Assembly: GCA_951406725.2 (NCBI GenBank)
Contig: OX597821.1
Coordinates: 75,020,001-75,084,000, forward strand
DNA: 64,000 nucleotides
Direction: 5' to 3'
From: Octopus vulgaris
Lineage: Eukaryota
Shown: positions 57,013-64,000 of the stretch, piece by piece
Layout of the letters: each line of letters begins with the position of its first letter
Numbering within the stretch: position 1 is the stretch's first letter
Notes under the pieces: generated by a model
Database searches by the model: none
Seen by the model: the letters and a program-made list of their open reading frames with translations, nothing else
Told to the model about the DNA's origin: nothing
Position numbers and translations under genes: made by a program

Positions 57013-57410
57013 ATCTTTTGTCTTTTACTTGGTTCGGTCATTTGACTGCGGCCAATCTGGCGCACCACCTTCAAGATTTCAGTCGAGCAAATCGTCTCCA
57101 GGCCTTTTTTTCTTTTTGTAAAGACAAGTACTTACTCTGTCGTCCTTTTTTGTCGAACCGCTAAGTTACGTAGACGTAAACATATCAACATCGGTTGTCA
57201 AGCGGTGGTGGGGGCATAAACACACACACACACACTTACATATATATATAACGGTTTTATTTCAGTTTCCTCTACCAAATCCACTCCCAAAGTTTTAGAC
57301 AGCCAAAGGCTATAGTTTAGGACACTTGCCCTAGGTGCCACCCTGTGGGACTGAACCCGGAACCATGTGGTTGAAAAGCAAACTCCTTACCACACAGTCA
57401 CACCTGCGCC
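57013..57410 (-). mobile_element. SINE group C, full length
   Basis: Reverse head GGGACTGAACCCGGAACCATGTGGTT..CTTACCACACAG and reverse tail TCATTTGACTGCGGCC. Confidence 0.88.
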
Positions 57411-58997
57411 ATGTTCATAATTGCATCGAAACATATCCGGAGTTGTCTCCATTATTGACCGAATGAATCTAAAAGTTATAAGTTAGTAACTGATATTGTT
57501 TGGTTTCTTTTTTCATATATTAGGTGTTTGTGAAGACGGTGTTTCATACTGACTTAGTTTAACACGTTAAAGTCAATTTTAGATAAGATATAAATCTCCA
57601 TGAGGCATCACGGCGATGAGCATTTTATGGGAGAGGGATCTGAACGTTTTCATTAACAGAAGTCGAATAAACGTTGAAAACCCTTGTCAAAATTACAATA
57701 TTGCAGTTATTCCTATTTCCCACTGCTTTCTTGGTTCATATTAGAGGTGTCAAAATTCATGATTGTCGTAACTTACTGTTTATTATTGTCAGTAAAAATG
57801 ATTTACATTACACAACCTAAGTTAATTAAAATAGGTGAGGGTAGCTTTCAGTTAATGAAACAATGTTTTCTTCGATGGGTCTAGATTTAAACCACGTGAT
57901 ATGAACTATATCTTTATGAAAGACAGATACACAACAGGAAAATGAAGTATTAACATGGCGCCCGTACGACTCGGTGGGTTATGAGACTCATATTAATGTG
58001 TTGTTTATAACGAAAAGCTCTTACTATGGTGGAATGTTATCTTACAGGCTTAATATTTGAATGATTAGAAAACAATTTGAACTTTATTGAGAATTTGAAT
58101 AATTATAATTTTTTGCTAGTTCCCAAAATAAATAGGATGCACGTAAACCACTTCCTTTCTGCTACCATTTGACAAATTTGTCCATTGGAACAAATCCGAT
58201 GAAGGAAAGGGAGAAAGAATCCCTTGAAAGAACAGATGATAATTGAAGGTAAGGGGATACAGAACAAAATGCAAGCCTGAGATTAAGAATGGTTATAGAA
58301 TATAAAAGTTAGATTGGAATGTCAGATATGGGATGATCTGCCATCTTATATTTGCAAACAGAAATAATAATAACAAAACAACAACAAATATAATTGACAA
58401 TATCAAACATTAACTGCGATAATAACTACAACAGGGAGACTATCCAGAACGCTATAACGACAGTAAGAAAATGAAGGTGCTGAACTAGCGTGGCCTTTCA
58501 CTTCAAAACCAGAGATCTCATTTATTAATGAATGCGGTCGAATTCCGCTCACTCAAAATACTGATCCCGTGATACAGTAAACAGATGCTGGAGCGGCTTC
58601 TAGCCTTCAGACATTTTGTTTTAAGAGAAAGGTTCTATAGAAAAATGAGCAACGTAATCTGAGAAGGAGTGTTTTACGTCTGTGTAATGATATTCAATAC
58701 GTATCCGTCGCGTCTAACATGAAAACCATCGGCACTTAATCATCGTTATATATTCATTCATTTATGACCCGGATCCTCTCTAATTGCAGCTGAATGAACT
58801 GCAAATAAATCCAAGATTCGCTTGAGCCGTCAAATGAGATTGTTCTCTGTAAAAGAAGCATCAACAAAAACAAAAACAAAAAAAAATGTTCTATCCAATT
58901 ACAATAATGCCATAAAATAGAGAGGAAAATGAAGCAAAACGAAAAAAGAAAATCAATGTTCGGACTTCACTCCTACATTTTACTTTCCCCACGAGAT

Positions 58998-59011
58998 TAT
59001 ATGTATATATG

Positions 59012-59080
<69 letters not shown>

Positions 59081-59117
59081 ATAGATAGATAGATAGATAG
59101 ATACACACATATTTATG

Positions 59118-59176
<59 letters not shown>

Positions 59177-59301
59177 GTATGTATACATGCAGTATATATG
59201 TATATGTGCATTAAATCTGTCTCTGTCTCTCTCTGAATATATATATATATGTATTTATATACATATATATATGCACCTATATATATTTACATACATATAA
59301 G

Positions 59302-59335
<34 letters not shown>

Positions 59336-59362
59336 CATATATATATATATATATATACATAT
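58998..59362. repeat. (TA)n-rich compound microsatellite
   Basis: Seen directly. Confidence 0.95.
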
Positions 59363-59644
59363 TAACAGATATTCGCATGCAGATATGCGCATATGTAAGC
59401 GTGTCTTTGTAGTCTCATATACAAACACATATAATGATATATAAATACAACCAATGGGAAGAGACTCGTAAAAATTAAATAAATCAAGCTACAAACACAC
59501 ACACACACATGGTCAGTTATGATAAAAACAATTTTACATTAATCTGATGGGTTACCGCATACATTTATTGAATAGAAAGCTATTGTTAACTAAGAATACT
59601 ATTGACAGTGACTTCAACGTTTCGGCCAGCCAAGCTATAGTGCA

Positions 59645-59681
<37 letters not shown>

Positions 59682-59913
59682 TGAAGGTATATATCTTACT
59701 AGCGGTCAGGCATAAAATATATAGAAATTTCAGGACTCTTGCTTCCTTTATCAGTTCGGCTGCAAAGTGGTTTGTAAGTCTATATTGCTGTTGATATACA
59801 CCATAGCATATACTTGCTAAGGAAATCTTTACGAGATTCTTTTATCACCGAAATCATCATTAACATTAGCATTGGTGTCTAACTTACCAAAATTTACCGT
59901 TATACCAAATAAG

Positions 59914-60690
59914 TAGGCTGATCAATTAGTATCCGGACTGTTGCCGTAGTAACGAAGCTAAAGCACGAAGAGTAAAGCTACTTGGCACAGATTGACCTTG
60001 AACTCTGTTAATGCATGTGCACGAAGATTTGATGTTCTAGCCCACATCCGCTGTTTACAGCATTGCTTCGAAGGAACGTGTGTAGCGTGTGATCGTCGCA
60101 TTCGCCATGACAGTAAGTTGAGCAGAGAATCAGCATCAAACTTTACCAAAAGCTTGGCGATAACTGCTCAGAGGCCTACGCAAAGTTTTCAAAAAGCATT
60201 CTTCGTTCTCGACACTATCAAGATCTTGTGCAATTGAAAAGCCAGTGTCTATCTGGTCGGTTTTGGCACAAATTTTCAATGACAATGGACTGAACTAAAC
60301 CTCACATCCTTTGATTACTCACGGATGGTGATGGACCATTTCTCCTCACAGCTGCGCACAATCTGCGATGTTTTTCTCATTCCTGCTGGTTGCAGGTCTC
60401 CCAGAACATTCATCACTATCAATATTTTTTGGCCATCTTGGGAACATGTGAATCATTTGTACACTTGTGCACGGTTCATACACTACTCTCCATACACTTT
60501 CTGCAACTTTGCGTTGGCCTCTGAGCTGCTACCGCCACGACAACTTTCTCTATCATGGTCAATGCGACGACTACACGCTACACACCTTCCTTCCAAGCAC
60601 TGCTGTAAGCAGCAAAATTGAGCTAGAATTTTAAAACTTAGGGCGCATGCATAACTGATTTTACGGTCAATCTTTGCCAAGCGGCTTTGA
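59914..60690. mobile_element. mariner derivative made of two inverted 5' ends
   Basis: The plus arm (59914-~60200) encodes a decayed VEQRISIK..KLGDNCSEAYAK. The minus arm (60690-~60200) repeats the same leader and continues LQKVYGE*CMNRAQVYK*F..QDG..DSDE.SGRP (mariner N-terminal HTH). Confidence 0.85.
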
Positions 60691-61186
60691 AAGGTTAGCG
60701 GTTTGCACAGGGAGTATAAGAAGACTTCGCTTATAAACGGATGTGAACAAAATGCAAAAGATCTGACGGAAATTATTGCACTAAGAAGGATGAGACATTA
60801 TTGGAATTATAAATATTATTCATCTCTACTCATGGACGAAAGCGCTCCAATAAACATTTAAAATTTATTGCTATTTTTAATAATAAAGACAAATTATGTT
60901 TCAAGAGATTTTTCATGCAATTTTCAGAATGTAGTCTACAGAGTGTTGTCTCGGTTAGGAAGAAGCGCCTGGAATTAATTATATTTTCCTGTGTGTTTTG
61001 AGATTGCAGGATAATATCTTGTAGCCAAGAGATATTTTATATTTCTGCGTGTCTTTTCTCTATTTCTAACTCTTTCTTTCTCTCCACACTCATGCACACA
61101 CACTTACAGATATTCACACTCATTTGAATATATATATATATTTATATATGTATGTATATATGTATGTATATATATATGTATGTATG

Positions 61187-61220
<34 letters not shown>

Positions 61221-61260
61221 TGTATGTATGTATGTATGTGTGTATGTGTGTGCATGTATA

Positions 61261-61324
<64 letters not shown>

Positions 61325-61549
61325 AATGAGAATTGTGTGGTAAATAAACAAACGACAAAACGTATACTGAGTGTACAACCGAACGGGAGACAAACACAGA
61401 AGGTCCCTAATTCTTCATCAGTTATCAACCAATTGCTAATACACATTTTCGCACTTTTAATAAGAAGACTAAATAATGCGGTTTTTTAATGCTTCTTTTA
61501 TTTTTCAAAATTAAGATAAACAAAGTTCTCTTTTAATCTAAAATTTACT

Positions 61550-62150
61550 CATAAAATACAGTACAGACAACGCAGCAGAAAGTGATAAGTGCAGAATCTG
61601 TGGACGAAACGGTGAAACCGTATGGTATATTACCAGCCAATGTACGCCACTAGCCCAGGAGGAATATAAGAAACGACACGACAATATAGCCAGGCATGTC
61701 TATTGGACACTTTGCAACACGTATGAACTTGACAGAGCAAAAAATTGGTACGACCTGGAGGCATTGACGAAAACAGAAATGAAAAGATCCCAGGGGATTT
61801 TATGATTGAGTGCGACCATGAGATTGAGAATAGGAAGCCGGGCATAAAATAAACTATACTGCATCATAGACATAGCATGCCCAGCAGACAACAAGATATG
61901 CGATAAGGAAGAAAGAAAAGTTGAGAGATATGACAGGTTAGCTTGGGAAGCTAAGTAGTTGTGGTCGATGAAAAAGGCAGCAGTAGTATCAATACTTGTC
62001 GGAGCCCTTGGGAATAGTGAGCAAAAATCTCGAGAAGTACGTAGAACAAATTGGGGCTGCAATAAGGGTGGAGCACTTGCAGAAAACAGCACGGCTTGGA
62101 ACCGCTCGAATACACCGTAAGGTGCCTGAAAATTAAGAGATGTTAACCTG
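61550..62150 (+). mobile_element. R4/Dong-type LINE 3' fragment
   Basis: KCRICGRNGETVWYITSQC..LAQEEYKKRHD, IENRKP..CIIDIACPAD..KEERKVERY, VGALG and LQKTARLGTARI. Confidence 0.88.
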
Positions 62151-62319
62151 AAGGCATTGTCGATGTGTGCATATACTTGTCTGGTACTGATGTTGCAGTA
62201 GCCATCTTCGACTTCTAATGTTACTTCATTCAGTAATGTAAGCCCGAACGAGTCGAGTTTCTGCTAGAAGCCTGCGAAATTTTAATAACACATGGAGTCA
62301 AATCAAACTACATTGAAAA

Positions 62320-62352
62320 ATAATGATAATAATAATAATAACAATAATAATG

Positions 62353-62431
<79 letters not shown>
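62320..62431. repeat. (TAA)n tract abutting the 5' end of a LINE
   Basis: Seen directly. Confidence 0.95.
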
Positions 62432-64000
62432 GGGGGGACGTTTCAGAAAGATACACCGGGGGACGTTTAAGATGTAAGAACGATAAAACAGAGCTCCGAA
62501 CTCTATCCACAAACATCGAAGACAAGGACATCGTATGGAGCCAAAGATTTACTAACAAAGGATTGGACTGGACCCGAGTAAGTAATACTCATTGAAATTT
62601 ATTACTATTTTCGAAACGAAATGATGTATTTTGACTCGATATCATCTCCGCCTCTAACACAACACATGTAAACATGCGTGGTACATTACGATCCATCAAC
62701 ACCAGATCATCCCCGACCCCAAACTCCATGTACAAAGGAACTACGAAGAAATTAAATACCACCGATATTATTGAACCCAAGAATAACAATCGGGAGGTAC
62801 GTACTTTAAACTTACAACACAAAATGTACGAAAAACTACACGTGCAAAACAATGTGACAACAGAAATGAACGGACCGGTACCCTACAAAAATGACGACCG
62901 TCAAAATAATGGCCGGACGCTGTTCCTCATGTCCCGCAAATAAAACCCAAAAGACATAAATGGACACGTGAGGAGTACATTTCTATCCTACACGCATACT
63001 TCACAGCAGTGCTCTACCCAAAAAATGAAAACACAACAACACATACATATAAAATATGGAAGGAAAATAACATAAATATAGACTTGGATACAGCAATGAA
63101 CCCTAATAAACTAGCTAACGTACGAAGATACATTCTCAACGCAAACAAAATATCAGAAATAGAAATAGAACATCTAAAAGAAAAAATACACCAGGAAAAT
63201 GTAGATAGAAGCCACACAACAATGCCCAATAATATAAACACTGAAACAGTAAAACACGAAGACAAACGTAACATTCCAAACATACACGATGTAAACAAAA
63301 AACAACAAACCCAGACCGTAAGGATGCATAATAATACACGACAAACAGCAAGCCAAAACACAGCAAACAAACATATAAATAAGAAAGAAAGCGACACAAA
63401 TCTAAAACCTGGAAACAACGAAGGGGAGCCTAATGATTATGATAATATAAAAAGTAAAATAATCAAAGAACTGAAAACCACAGAGCTCAAAATGGACCAC
63501 CGACCATACCTCCCAAAAATCAAAATAGACGAAACAACAACACCAATTATAAACAGCATAAACCTAGCCGTTACGGAACTAATAGCCACTGAAACAAAAA
63601 ACGATATCACTGAGATAAATGACTTAGTATACGCAGCAGCCACTGCAGCCACAAAAGAAGCTGGATACTCACTCAAACCCATCCAAACAGGAGTACCGCC
63701 ACCCAAACAAACCCTGTGGATAAATAACATCCAAAACAAAATACAAAAAATGAGAAATGATCTGTCGATTCTTAATGAAATCAGTAGACAATCAACGCTA
63801 CTGAGCAACAAAAAGAAAACAAAAATACTCCGCAAATATAACATCACAGAAAAAGATTTGCCGGAGATAAAAGAAAAGCTGAAGCAAGATATCCTTGCCA
63901 AAGCACAAAGGATCCACCGGTACGAGAAACGCCAGTGCTTCTTTGAACAAAACAAAAAGTTCAACTCCAACCCCAAGAAGTTCTACCAAGAACTTGGCAA
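62432..64000 (+). mobile_element. 5' end of an apparently young R4/Dong-type LINE (5' UTR + ORF start), truncated by the window edge
   Basis: Begins GGGGGGACG immediately after (TAA)n. ORF 62674-62943 is followed by a frame change into a stop-free frame running to the end. Confidence 0.85.
62910..64000 (+). CDS. N-terminal part of R4/Dong-type retrotransposon polyprotein (Myb-like domain and pre-RT region), partial
   Basis: Manual translation is stop-free from 62910 to the end: KRHKWTREEYISILHAYF..YKIWK..NKLANVRRYIL..ISEIEIEHLK..EINDLVYAAA..LWINNIQNKI..LKQDILAKAQRIHRYEKR..QNKKFNSNPKKFYQEL. The last motif matches QNRLF..KRFY at 47170. Confidence 0.85.

Noticed and set aside
58195-58235. Hammerhead-like CCGATGAAGG..CCTTGAAAG
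   Set aside because: Core mismatches and no cleavage triplet or stem I.
59612-59640. Minus-strand GGCCGAAACGTT half motif
   Set aside because: The CTGANGA half is missing.
63014-63989. Hydrophobic minus-strand ORFs resembling membrane proteins
   Set aside because: Antisense shadows of the A-rich plus-strand LINE ORF.

Overview
AT-rich, microsatellite-laden eukaryotic non-coding DNA, either intergenic or inside a large intron. The repeat families look like those of an octopus/coleoid cephalopod genome (inference from recalled repeat sequences, not a database result). No host protein-coding gene, rRNA, true tRNA or CRISPR array can be supported, and nearly all listed ORFs are microsatellite read-throughs or transposon fragments. 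The window is a layered fossil record of mobile DNA. It holds three abundant tRNA-derived SINE groups, Penelope-like (RT + GIY-YIG) remnants and several R4/Dong-type restriction-like-endonuclease LINE pieces sitting in (TAA)n/(GAA)n tracts, one with an open frame running off the right edge. It also holds a CR1-type RT, a DD37D maT transposase, a mariner fold-back, several MITEs, a probable DIRS remnant, a probable solo LTR and an 873-bp tandem duplication. The most notable signal is about ten minimal type-I hammerhead-ribozyme-like motifs (CTGANGA-stem-GAAAC-palindrome-GTH) from several unrelated short repeat families. One of them is a tRNA-headed, hammerhead-tailed SINE-like element that inserted with a 7-bp target duplication into the RT active-site motif of a Penelope-like element.
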